NCBI GenBank assembly: GCA_973895155.1
Contig: OZ316894.1
Location: 21,049,767-21,113,766 of the forward strand
From: Marsupella aquatica
Lineage: Eukaryota > Plantae > Marchantiophyta
DNA length: 64,000 nucleotides
Reading direction: 5' to 3'
Below the pieces are notes generated by a model. It did not search any database. It was not told the DNA's origin and was given only the letters and a program-made list of their open reading frames with translations. A program made the position numbers and the translations under genes. This document shows positions 19,959 through 30,854 of this stretch, piece by piece (positions within the stretch are counted from its first letter, which is position 1; every line of letters starts with the position of its first letter).

Positions 19959-20459
19959 TTAAAGAACATTGGGCGCATCCATCAAGAAAGTGAGCACACT
20001 AGCGCCGGGCGCTAGTTTGTCGATCGTGGACGAACCGCACTCATCATCGATTCCAGCCATAGATCGGGCTCTGTCGGGAACAAAACCGTGCTCACGATTG
20101 CTGATAAATGCCAAGGATGGCGTAATCTCCACACCTCTACAAGAGTCCTCGCCAGGAACGGTTGTATTCTGGAAATCAATCCTCCCTAGGTCCTCCTGGG
20201 TGCGCATGTCATCCTGACGAGTCGGGCTGTGAGGAAGAGGAGGACAATGAATTGTAAATCTTTCCGAAAAATGCCTTGGCAGGGAATCTCTGAGCCATGG
20301 GATAAGCGTCTTGCCAGGGCTAATAGCCTCGCTTGGAGGAAGATTCAGCCTGTTTCGAAAGTCACTCGTCTCGCTCCACTCAGGCTCTTCAGTGACGGGC
20401 AGCGGACCCTCCTCCAAAAACATCTGAGACAAACTAGGAACTTCAGTTCGATGATCCAT
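19959..20459 (-). CDS. Hypothetical element-borne ORF (166 aa), possibly an exon of a third MULE gene
   Basis: Open frame inside the TIRs, co-directional with the cargo gene; no recognisable domain. Confidence 0.3.
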   Translation of the reverse strand: MDHRTEVPSLSQMFLEEGPLPVTEEPEWSETSDFRNRLNLPPSEAISPGKTLIPWLRDSLPRHFSERFTIHCPPLPHSPTRQDDMRTQEDLGRIDFQNTTVPGEDSCRGVEITPSLAFISNREHGFVPDRARSMAGIDDECGSSTIDKLAPGASVLTFLMDAPNVL

Positions 20460-20905
20460 TTTAGGTCAGCAATGGCGATTCGGAAACAAGTGGAAGCAAA
20501 AGAGATTAGGTAACGAAAATCCAAAACCAAGATCGCGGTACAAAATGATCAGGATGAAACGCGAACACAAGGATATAGGGAACAATTGAGACCGTGGTTG
20601 CCTCAAACGGTGCGTGGAAGGAAACGTTCAATATGTCAGTTGGACATTCGAAAGAGACAAAACATAAACGGCAACTTTGTGACTGACGTCAGCCGATAAT
20701 AACGGGAATATATCCGTTAGTATAACGAAAATAGAGTAAGGAGTAAAATTAAAGTAGCGCTCGGCGCTACTATAACATTGTAAGGTAGTAATGAAAGAAA
20801 CAAGCGTAAGCATGTTGCAATAGATAGTTATATTTCCCAAACCACATTACATGAGTTCTCATTTGAGTAGCACCCGACGCTAGCATAACCTCAAAATGAA
20901 GGTAA

Positions 20906-21259
20906 TTAATATTCTGAACTAACCTCATCAGATAACTCTGACCCGCTTGATTTAGACCTATCGGTGGACTCTGCTTCATCGTCTATGAATTTGCTTTTGC
21001 ATATATCATCAACATAAGGGTTTCTTACAAACTTCCTATCAGAACCCCTCCTCAGTCTAAGGCCTTTATTCTCCCATTGGAGCGTCCTCACACTATCTAC
21101 TCTCCTCGCCGCATTCTCAGCGTACGAAGGTAAATCAAATGGTTTTTCCGGAGTCCCAACATAACTCCTGGCAACTTTCCTCTTGAGTTGGAAACGCCTT
21201 CGTTGATTCCAGTCAGACCTGAGGATGAGAATTTCCGGTGGTATGTCAACACAATCCAT
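20906..21259 (-). CDS. Hypothetical element-borne ORF (117 aa), basic then acidic
   Basis: ATG-initiated ORF with an NLS-like RRRFQLKRK and an acidic FIDDEAE tail; no recognisable domain. Confidence 0.35.
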   Translation of the reverse strand: MDCVDIPPEILILRSDWNQRRRFQLKRKVARSYVGTPEKPFDLPSYAENAARRVDSVRTLQWENKGLRLRRGSDRKFVRNPYVDDICKSKFIDDEAESTDRSKSSGSELSDEVSSEY

Positions 21260-21348
21260 TTTTTGACAATATATCTAAAAAAGGATTGGAAAGCGAAAGA
21301 GGAAGAGTGAATTCCAGATGAGGGAGCTTGACAGGAAGCTTACGAGCA

Positions 21349-24300
21349 TTACTCAAAAGAATCTCTGTTGTCGCTACCTTCATCAATTTCGTGATCCTCT
21401 CCAATTTGAGATCCTATAGGAATGACAAAATCCGGCTCTTCCTCCCCTTCCTCCGCATCCTCTTCATCGTCGAAATCAAAATTCAGTACTGATCTAAGCT
21501 TGTCTCTCTTCCTCTTCACAACCACATTTGCGGGAGGAGCTATTATTGGAGGAACTTTTGGAGTTAGAAGATCCAAAAATATCCTTGAGGCTGTTTCAAT
21601 GAACTCCTTCCTGTTTTCCACCCCAAGAACAAATCGGCCACAATAGTCCCCGGCCACAAAAGTACTCCCGGAACCGACAACCCAATCAAAAACAATATCT
21701 CCTGGGCAGGTAATTAACTCCATTACCGATTGCATAAATCCAGGATGGAGTCTAGCATTTCTGGCAAAATCAAGCTCGGGACTAGTATCCACCTTCGCAA
21801 ACAGAAGTCCTATCAAATTTGTGCTAGAGGGATCCTCGGTTTTTGATAGGGGCCTGAACTTTGGGTCCTTGGAGACTTTCACTTTTGATGAGATTCAAGA
21901 AAAAATATCTAATCGCAAAGTGAATACCTGAAATGAACAAAATAATGTCAGGTTATGATCCAGAGAGATTAACAGCGCCAGGCGCTAGCAAAAGTTTCAG
22001 TAATGTTTGTGTATTTACCTGAACATCGGACTTGGCCCGGTACATAGGGAACCCCATCACCACATTATATGTCGAGAGACACTGGAATTTCTTTGACTCT
22101 TGACACGCTGAGATGACTTGCAAAATCTGATCATAATCCCCCGTATGGAGGATTGCAATCATTCCATCATCAGCCAAGAAAGGATCCATCGCTCGGAAAA
22201 AAGATCAAGCTATGGTGTAGTCAGGAATGTTCCATTTTGGAACTTTCCAATCGAGCAACGTTGGCTTCAACCCAGTTGGTAGATAGATGAAACCAGCGTC
22301 AACACTAAAAGGCCTCTCCTTCCCACCCCTCACGACTCCCTTTGGACGGCATCCTGATTTGACGAAGTCTTTAACCCACTTCTCGGCATCAGTAACCCAA
22401 TCTGGCTTCTCTTCCTTATTGAAAACACTATCATAAAATTCAGTAATGCTGGACTCAACTAAACAATGCCGAGACGCTCTGGATTTAAAATTCCCAACAT
22501 CCCTCTGAAGTCCCATGGCAGATAGACTATCTCTTTCCGAATGCCCAGCCTCACGCGTCTTCTTATTCTTTTCTTTGTGCTGGTTGCATCGATAGGTTCG
22601 GTCGATTTCCCCGAATTCATAGGGGTAATTGGATCTGGTAAAGTACTAGTATTTGCTTCAGATCCTTCTGGCCTAACCTTGGTATCATCTGTCGCGTCCG
22701 ATCTCTTTTGACCTGAGGTAAGAGTTCAACAACTACATAATTAGTGAATTACTTGATGGAAAATGGAATCACACAATAGTAGCGCCAAGCGCTAGCACAA
22801 ATATGTAGAAAGATGATAGAGAAAACCTACGTTTCCTCCCAAATCGAGTTGACGCACTTGGCATAGCAGTGTCGACTTTAACCTTCCCACGAGGCTTTCG
22901 GCTTCTATTGACATGAACAACAACTGTCTCGCAGATCTTTTGTAATTCTGTTCCAGACTTGTCGACCTCACCAAGAAGTCCTTGCTTCATCTTAGAGACA
23001 ATCTTTGGAGGAATCTGAGACTTTGCCAATTTTTGAAACCAATCCTTCTCTCTTTCGTCGAAAGGTGAATCCCACTTGTCTGTGTTGAGATACCAAGGGC
23101 AGTGGGTTCTTTCCCATTCGGTCATGGTGCGTGGTGGGAATTTTCCCTCTATTGGATACATTGAATACAATTCCCCAACCTGATCTCCCTCCTTTGCCAC
23201 AATCCATTTGTGAAATGCAGCTAGATATGCCCACAATGATTCAGGGGAATGAATCTCCATCCAGATATAGAAACGATACAAATACCTCTTCGCTCTTTTC
23301 TGATTTTTTTTGGTGTACACCTCCTTATCCGGATATTTTGAAGGCCATATCGTGTTGAAGAACTTCGCCTTGACAAGGTCACTAAACTTTCTGAAATCAC
23401 CGCAAATAATATCAATCAGACATTCAATGGAATCACACTTTGACTGAGCAAGCCGATCGACGGGTAGCGTGTCAATGGCAGCCAAAAGTGCCAATTGTAA
23501 CATCGCAATCGCAATACCCTCGACGGTGTTCCAGGTCTGCCAAGTGTGACACCACTGCTTGACTGGATCATCGTTCACGCTTGCAGGGTGGTAGAATTGT
23601 TTTCACAATTCTGGGGTACAGTGAGCCACAAGCAGGGTACACCTAAGTTTTGGGTCAAGAGCGGAAACTGCTGTGAATAACCTGGCACGATCCATAATGC
23701 AGACAACACTATCTGGTTTCTTCTCGCGCTTGTTCTGCTCTGTTAGTACGTACATCTCTGCACAAGTGCTAAAGAAATCTTCAAACTCAGGGCTAAGGAG
23801 AGGAGTTATCTTGGATGTTTTTGTTGACCAATCCTTTGTGGCCTCTTTCATCATTAGTGCATGCCTCTTTGCAATGTCATCTGGTGCCCATGGATTGCCT
23901 TGACTTGCAGCCAACGCCATGTCCATCTTGAACTGGTTTGTGTAAGATTTTATTTTGTTTTCACACAAAATGTACACAAGAGCTTCAAGAGGCATCTTTC
24001 TGGTGTACCATGAATGCTTTCGCGTTTTGAGTTTAATGTACTCAAATTTTGCAAAATTGGCACTATCTATAATTGACTTGTAGTGCTCCAAATCGTGCAA
24101 AGGAATCCTACGTATTCTGTCAGCGTCCAGGATCCACGACGGTTCGACTACAGCCTACCCTAACCTGCGATCAGGGGAGGTGATTAGCAGCGTCGGGCGC
24201 TAGCAAAAACAGTAATACCAAATGCTCAATTCAAATTATTTTTGAAATGAGGAACTAGAAAAGGGAAATGAATAAAATCAAAGTTTATGAAGAAATTCTT

Positions 24301-25063
24301 GCTGGTTCACTGTGTGCATCGCCGCCTCGATCTGAATTTGGGAAGCTTTGTCTCCCTTGAAAATTGTACAAAGGACTCTTGGGTGATACTTGACGTTGTC
24401 GGGATTCTCCTTGGTGACGATTGTCCAAGAATAGAGCCGGTGATTCCCATCAAAAACGCAAAACATTTTGTCTTTCAGGTAATGGAAAGCTGGATCGGCC
24501 TCGCATTCCAATTCAAACTTCTCATTCTTTGCAACCCAAATGGCGTCCCAACCCTCCCTTATCTCTGGAGTACATATTTTCTCCACACCTTCTGAATCGG
24601 TTGGCTGGACGAAGAAGCACATCCCAATCCTCGGATTGTAGCCACTGCTTCGGAATGAGTCCTTTAATTTCTCAATGGAAGCACTTTCCTTCTGCAAAGT
24701 TCGGACCACCTCCATGTGAAGCAAGTGACAAAGTGGGATCCGTGGCGGTTCCTTCTCTTGCCCGCAAAAATCTTTACCAAACGACATGATGTGTTGTGTA
24801 ATCACGTCGTCCATCCCTAATCCAACCTCGCTTCCTTCTCCCATCGCAAAATCGATCACAGTATCCGTATCCATCCTCCCCCTCCTTGGCTTTGGAAATG
24901 GCAGCGAAGTGTTCAAAGACGGGATTGCTTTGCTTGACCTTGTTACTCGACGGGAGTAGACAGACCCAGAAAATGAAGATTCGGTGGACTCGCACTGACC
25001 TCGATCTCGGTCAGGAACTGTAGTATACTCTCTTGGAGAGCTTGGGGCGCTTGAAGGTTGCAT
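21349..25063 (-). pseudogene. Spliced cargo gene: ParB-like N-terminal domain + unknown middle region + beta-class N4C/N6A DNA methyltransferase-like domain
   Basis: Exons ~25063-24301, 24164-22831, 22712-22019, 21927-21349. ParB-N features: IPLCHLLHMEVVR...SIEKLKDSFRSSGY...FFVQP...CVFDGNHRLYSW. MTase features: VDAGFIYLPTG (motif IV position), FLADDGMIAI, then HPGFMQSVMELITCPGDIVFDWVVGSGSTFVAGDYCGRFVLGVE (motifs X-I-II). In-frame stops and frameshifts near 24155, 23600, 22570, 22205 and 21900. Confidence 0.78.
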
Positions 25064-25957
25064 CGTGGAGGGCCCAAATACTAGAGGTGGTACTCTCTAC
25101 ACTCACGCTCCTAACAAGATTACCGTACACATAGTGTACATCTCACACCTTTAAAACATGACCATCAGAGTGCCGTCCGTGCCTCGTTAAGATGTACGAC
25201 ACGCACAATAGTGAAAAATGACCAACAAATTGAATCATGGACAAGTGATCAATACTGGTTGGACACTGGAGATGAGCTCATTCCCTCTTTCGTTGATAAC
25301 ATCTGACGGGGAACCATCAAGAGTGATCGGTACGCTGGTTTTGTTACCGTTAAATCTAACCGTTGGATGTTCGAATGAACGATTATATGATACTAGCGCC
25401 GGGCGCTATTGACTCTATAACATCATAACATGCCTTTCACGGTTGTTGAATTGTAAAGATGATGCTAGCGCCGGGCACTATTTAAATTCAAAACATCCCA
25501 TTACAGTCACCAATGTTAAGTTTCATCAAATTGACACATTTTACCTAAATAAAAGTACTTAATTTGGAAATTTCATGGTTTTTGATGAAATTGGGGAATG
25601 ATAGCGCCTGGCGCTAGTACAAAATAGCTAAATGAATCATTGCTTTTTGAGGGTTTTGTCGATAATTATTGGGACAAATACAGTGAATCGAACCCTTGTC
25701 TTTTAGTAGCACCGGGCGCTACTAAATGTTTTCATACGATTTAAGTGACATAACCTATGTTATTGATGATAAGTGTCATTGGCAAAATGACAAATGTCAT
25801 TTATTTGCATTCCGTAACAACTAGTACCCGTGTTGTCGTTTGCAAACGATAAGTTAATCAGCAGCGAATTGAGTTCTCTTCACTTATATGAAGCAATGTA
25901 ATTCCTTTCCTCCCCACATTTTTTGGTGGTAGATTCATTTTTCAACATTGTCCAACT

Positions 25958-28900
25958 ATGTCTACATCAGTTGTGATTGTTCGTCCGGATACTGGGGACA
26001 TTGTTAGCATCCCAGTTGGTTTAGCCGATACTTACAAATAGATTAGTGAGAGTTATCTTTGTGGAAGATTTGACATTTCTCTGAATGATATTATTTCAAT
26101 CAATCCTGAGCATAATTCTACTGATGAGAAAGGATCAGCAATGTTTGATGTTGACGATGGAATTAGATTTTGGCCCCTGAATGCTGGCATTAGATACTCG
26201 ATAATTCTTCGATCGGCTTTAATTTCTGTCGAGAAAGATGGAAAACTTCCAACTGTGATTCACATTTCTGACAGTGATGATGAGGATATATTGGCTCCAG
26301 TGATGCAGACGTCGCCCTCGCCAGAGACTTGTATCAAGGCAGAAGGGACCATTTCGAGCCAGCCATCAGTGGCGAGTGTTGTTTACCGTCGGAGTGCAAT
26401 GGATGCAATTCTTAAATCTACTGGTCATAGTGAACTTTTGCGGTTTATTTGGACTGGTGATTTTAGGCATGAGCAGGTGAATTGTCTTCCTAGCAAATAC
26501 AATGGAAATATTGTGTTTGAACTGCCACCCGCAGAAGGATTGCTATCAAAAGGTTCTAGGCTCCGCAATATGGATCGGCCTAAAGACTGCTACTTCTGGA
26601 CTCAGATCTTTCCAACTTCTGCGAATGTGCAACCTAAGAAGTTGTGGGAATTTGGAAAAGTCACATGCACAGGATCACTTGAATGTCGAAACCAGAAATG
26701 TGAGTATCTTTTGCGGAAGAAAAGAAGGAATTCGAAGGCTTGGGATGGTACGCCCAAGCTTGCTGGGCCACATTGCGTAGGAAAGATTATTGAGGATGGT
26801 GGGGTAGTATGTCATTACTGCCAACAACTGCCCTTTTGTAATGAAGCTTGCACTGCAACGTTGTTTTATATGTACCCGTAGTTACTTGTAGACTCTAATA
26901 CCTGTAGTCACATGTCACGTCTCGCTGTGCATGTTGGAACACATGCACATCCCTCTTGAAAAGTGTTTTCTCGTGGTGCAGAGAAGATTGCGCAAGACAT
27001 TATCAAGAAACAACACGAGGCAACGCCGTCTGCCACACCGTCGGGTCTAAAGAATGCCATAACTGGGTCTTTGCAAAAGGCTCTCTGCGTGTCTAACAAT
27101 GATATAGAGGAATTGGAGGAGAAAGAAATTTGGGAGTCATTGATGGTAGTTTCTTCCCCTCAAAAGTTTGCATCTCTCTTTCGTAGTGTTCGGCAAGATC
27201 AAAAAGGTAAGGGCGAGTTAGAGTTTCTAGTTGAAATGCAGAAATGTATCAACTTTCCCTTTTTACAATGATACATGCTCCCTGGTCAAGGACGTAAGGA
27301 GGACAGACCTCATATTTTTAAAATGACAGTAAAGGGACATGGATCTGGTGTGAATTTGTTACGCCAAATGCAACCTGGAGGTAGACTCGAAGGGGCCTGG
27401 GTAAGTTTTGATGTCATGAGGAGGCTGACAACAGAGTGAATTACATTTAGTGCTCACGTTTACGATCACAACTACCGAGCTCTTTGCACAATTTTCACTT
27501 GTGAGTTGAAAGCGGAAGATACTGAGTCCTTGGAAAAAGCTTGGAAATTGATGATTGAGGTTTGCCGTGAGAATGGGTTGGATGATGTAGTGATCCATGG
27601 ATTCATGGCTGACAATGCTCAAGCTGGATGGAACGCGGTTTGGAATGTCTTTTTTGGTGGTCATCCTAACCCCGAAAAGGAGCAATCCGACGCATTTCAC
27701 TTTTATCAATCATTTCATCGACACTCCGTTGAAGGAGTCCTGGAGGGGAAACGAGAGGAGCACCGCAAGTTGTGGGACTCCTTAAGGAAATTCAACTTTT
27801 GTTGGAGCGTACAGGATTTCAAGGGATATTGATTTATGGTGGAGATCTGGGAACTGTGTTCCAGGAAAACTTCGAATGCTCCAAGGCTGGCTTTTGCGGT
27901 GGGTTGTCCGATGGCGTCAATGGGGAAATTTTATTCATCTGGTGAGTTTCTTAATCACATTTGTTCCTCACAATTGACATTAATACCAATGCTCGGCGCT
28001 AGCATTACTAAGTCATTCTTTGGATTACCTAGGACCGTTATTCCTTTCTATTTGTGAAATTATTTCATGGTAGCGCCCGACGCTAGTTTACTCGTAGCTT
28101 TATAATATGATAATGTGGCTCATAATCATAGTTGACGCTGTCAGGATATTGCTTTATTTAATATGGTTTCAAAGACACATTTCCTTAACATTGCTCCTAT
28201 GTTTAATCCAAGACAAAAGTGTCGAAGAAAGTGCTATGATTCCCAACTGTACAACTTTGGAAGCGGCCCATTCTATAATGAAAGCTTGGCAAACAAAGAA
28301 GAAAGCTAGTCTATTCGAAGCTTGTGAGATAGATCAAAACAGAGCATTGTCGCAAGTTGCGGCATATACAGCCTATCGGAGGGGGCTAAATTGTGGTAAG
28401 GGGCCTACGATATGGGAATTGGCATTCCGTTCTGCAGATCAAGCTGGTTCTTCCAAACTTTTCCAAGATGCTTCTAATATGCTCCTTTCCAGTGCGGCTG
28501 AATTCAGCCTGGAAAGGAATGCCCCACTGAATGGGGATGTTATGACAAAGTTCGTGAAGAGGAAAGGACAAGCCACAGGGAACATCTCTGCACAAGACTC
28601 CCATCGGCATGACACTATTCTGGTAACATCGCCAAATACTTGTGGTATGAAGAGAAAAAATTGAGTAGGGAGGAGTTCCCCCTGTTGAGCAGACTCCTCC
28701 TGTCTGTGAGAATGTTGTGGTGGATATATCTGATAGTGATATCGGAGAAGACATTGATTGGACTACTCCACCTTGGAGGAGAACCACCAGGTCTTGTTTG
28801 GATCCGCGAACTGCACCTCCCACTTGTCAACGACCTTTCAATCAATCGTTAGTGTTGGAGACGGATGTCCGACCTGGTGAATGGCACCTACGAAGAACGA

Positions 28901-29724
28901 CCAAACATGGAGCAAGCCCTCAATGTAATGGATCGTTGGGTGGGAGATCAGATCGAGATGAACGTCGCAATCGTCTGAAAAAGGTTGGGTACCCGTCAAC
29001 AGATGGAGTAGTTGGCATTGTTGTGAAAGGTCATCGTATATTCAGGGGAGAACCACATCCTGAAATGATTTGGTTTTGTGCGAACAATGCTTGCTATAAG
29101 AGCTGGCCATGTCGTAATGTCGTGAATCTTCCACCATTTCCCTATACGCTTCCTGTTCTGAAAGGGACTAACCTTTCTGAAGCAGAAGTCCAATTCTTGA
29201 TGGAGAAAGGGGTCCAAATCGATCGTGAGGCCGGAACTCAGCATGTTCCATCTCCGTTTGAGTTGCAAATCAATGTAAATGTTTTCCCTGAGAAAATCAA
29301 TCTCCTAGAGCCAAATATTTGCCTTCGGAGTAGAAATGGGAAGAATACAATCCCACAATCAAATCTTTCACAAGGTCACTACACGAGAATTGAATCTGCC
29401 AGCAAGGAGCCCATGACCCTAATTCGGCAGTGCGATGTTTCCAACGGGAACTCTTGGGGAAAACAATTTCAAATCCAAACCCATGAGAAACTCCGAACTG
29501 CGAAGACGTACTGGGTGTAAATTTGCATTTTCCCGTGTTGTTCTTGTGAGGACTTCTATCGTCGCCATTCCCATGGAAGACCCTACATGCCTTGCAAGCA
29601 CCTATACTGGGTGTATACCAACGTCCTCAAACTTGATGTCCTGTATTCAACACTGGCTAGTCAGTCGATTCTCACTGTGGGGGAGATTAGGCTCATTCTT
29701 GCACGGCAGAATGCTCTGGATTAA
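25958..29724 (+). pseudogene. MULE-family DDE transposase with N-terminal Cys/His (WRKY/GCM-like) region and C-terminal SWIM zinc finger, disrupted
   Basis: Catalytic layout VSFDVM (D1), GFMADNAQAGWNAVWNVF (D2), DAFH (C/DxxH) and NCTTLEAAHS (E). N-terminal CTGSLECRNQKC...CHYC...C...HxH; SWIM motif CSCEDF...PCKHL at ~29540-29600. Intron ~27942-28211. Premature stops at ~26039, 26879, 26957, 27269, 27437 and 29518, plus frameshifts. Confidence 0.82.
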
Positions 29725-30324
29725 TAGGGGAGATATTTAGGAACGTTGAACGGCTCCTATCTTGTTTGTCGCATATATGCAAGTTTTATTTCCTTTTTTT
29801 ATACCAAACACTCTTTGCATTTTCATAACATATTGGTCGATTTTTTATTCTGACTCTGGTTAGCGCCGGGCGCTACTTTGAATTGGTCCTCATTCAAACA
29901 TATTTGGGTGGTCCAATGTGTTTCAGATTGTATAATACACTGTATGTTTGTTTCCTGAATCTAAGGCAAGATTTATACGTGAAAATATAATATGGGTAGC
30001 GCCAAACGCTACTATACTCTGATGATACTCCACTCATAATGTTGTATGTCATGTTGGCATGTACGGAGCTTGAAGGCATTACTATTTCATTTAGTTATAC
30101 CCATCGGTATAATATATTAATGTAAATATGATGGCGATATTTTTGAAGATGTACATTTTTTTAAAATGAGGCTCATCTGATTATTTTTATCAGGGTGGGA
30201 CCCACAGTATTGACTCACGCATATTGTCAATACTATTATAGTCAGAACTAGCGGGTAATTTGTACAGCAAATCCTGGCTACCATGTCTATCCTTGGGACC
30301 ATAAAATGACCCTAAAACCTAATG

Positions 30325-30404
30325 AGTTTCCTGGTACCAGAAACTGTTTTGCTGTTAACAGGATTCCTGGTTTGCTGTTTCCTGTCTCGGTGGCCATGCC
30401 CCCC
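30325..30404 (-). repeat. Right TIR of the MULE
   Basis: ggattcctggtttgctgtttcctgtctcggtggccatgcccccc is the inverted counterpart of the left end. Confidence 0.75.
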
Positions 30405-30760
30405 CCAAGGCGCTAATAATGTTTCTTCATTTTTATTACCTTTTTGTCTATTTTTAAAGCAACATGCTCAAAATACTCTCATTTTGGAGGGTATAGGTGG
30501 GTATGACATTACTAGCTCTTGGTCGCTAGTAATATTTTATCATTTTTGTTACCCTTTGCTTATTATTATTTTGGTAAACATGCACTCATATAGTGTCATT
30601 TTGGAGTGTCTTGGTGACTTCAATATTAATAGCTTTAGACCCTAGTAATATTTTAATTTTTACTACTAATTTGAGCTCAATTTTTGTACAAAAGTTTTAA
30701 AAAAATCATTCAAGTAAGATATTACCAGCGCCAGGCACCAGTAATATCGTATCTATTTAA
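30405..30760 (+). repeat. ~115-bp tandem array, right part
   Basis: Begins with ggcgctaataatgtttcttcatttttt, completing the unit broken at 19342. Further units at 30508, 30625 and 30721, the first in register with the array period. Confidence 0.8.
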
Positions 30761-30854
30761 AATTGTTTTTGCTTATTTTATTTTATGGGTTTATGTTTAT
30801 TATTTCTTGTAATTAACTCTTTTGCCAAATTTCTTTAAAAAATGATGGATGTCT

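Larger units (their letters stand above)
19686..30011. promoter_or_regulatory. 16 dispersed copies of the 15-bp palindrome TAGCGCCnGGCGCTA within the MULE
   Basis: Starts at 19686, 19760, 20000, 20755, 20868, 21973, 22780, 24188, 25394, 25466, 25602, 25707, 27987 (degenerate), 28071, 29861 and 29997. Perfect copies at 20000, 25394, 25602 and 29861. Regulatory role is inferred. Confidence 0.75.
19343..30404. mobile_element. Mutator-like (MULE) DNA transposon, ~11 kb, carrying a transposase and a divergent ParB-methyltransferase cargo gene
   Basis: Imperfect TIRs: left GGGGGGtatttacataagacagaaaacaggaaaccaggaaacc; right (reverse complement) GGGGGGcatggccaccgagacaggaaacagcaaaccaggaatcc. The two flanks rejoin into one unit of the tandem array. 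Internal MULE-type DDE transposase. A cca duplication is possible but ambiguous inside the C-runs. Confidence 0.8.

Noticed and set aside
21349-25063. ParB-MTase as bacterial contamination or a prophage
   Set aside because: It has spliceosomal-type introns, lies inside eukaryotic TIRs next to a MULE transposase and is contiguous with plant genes.
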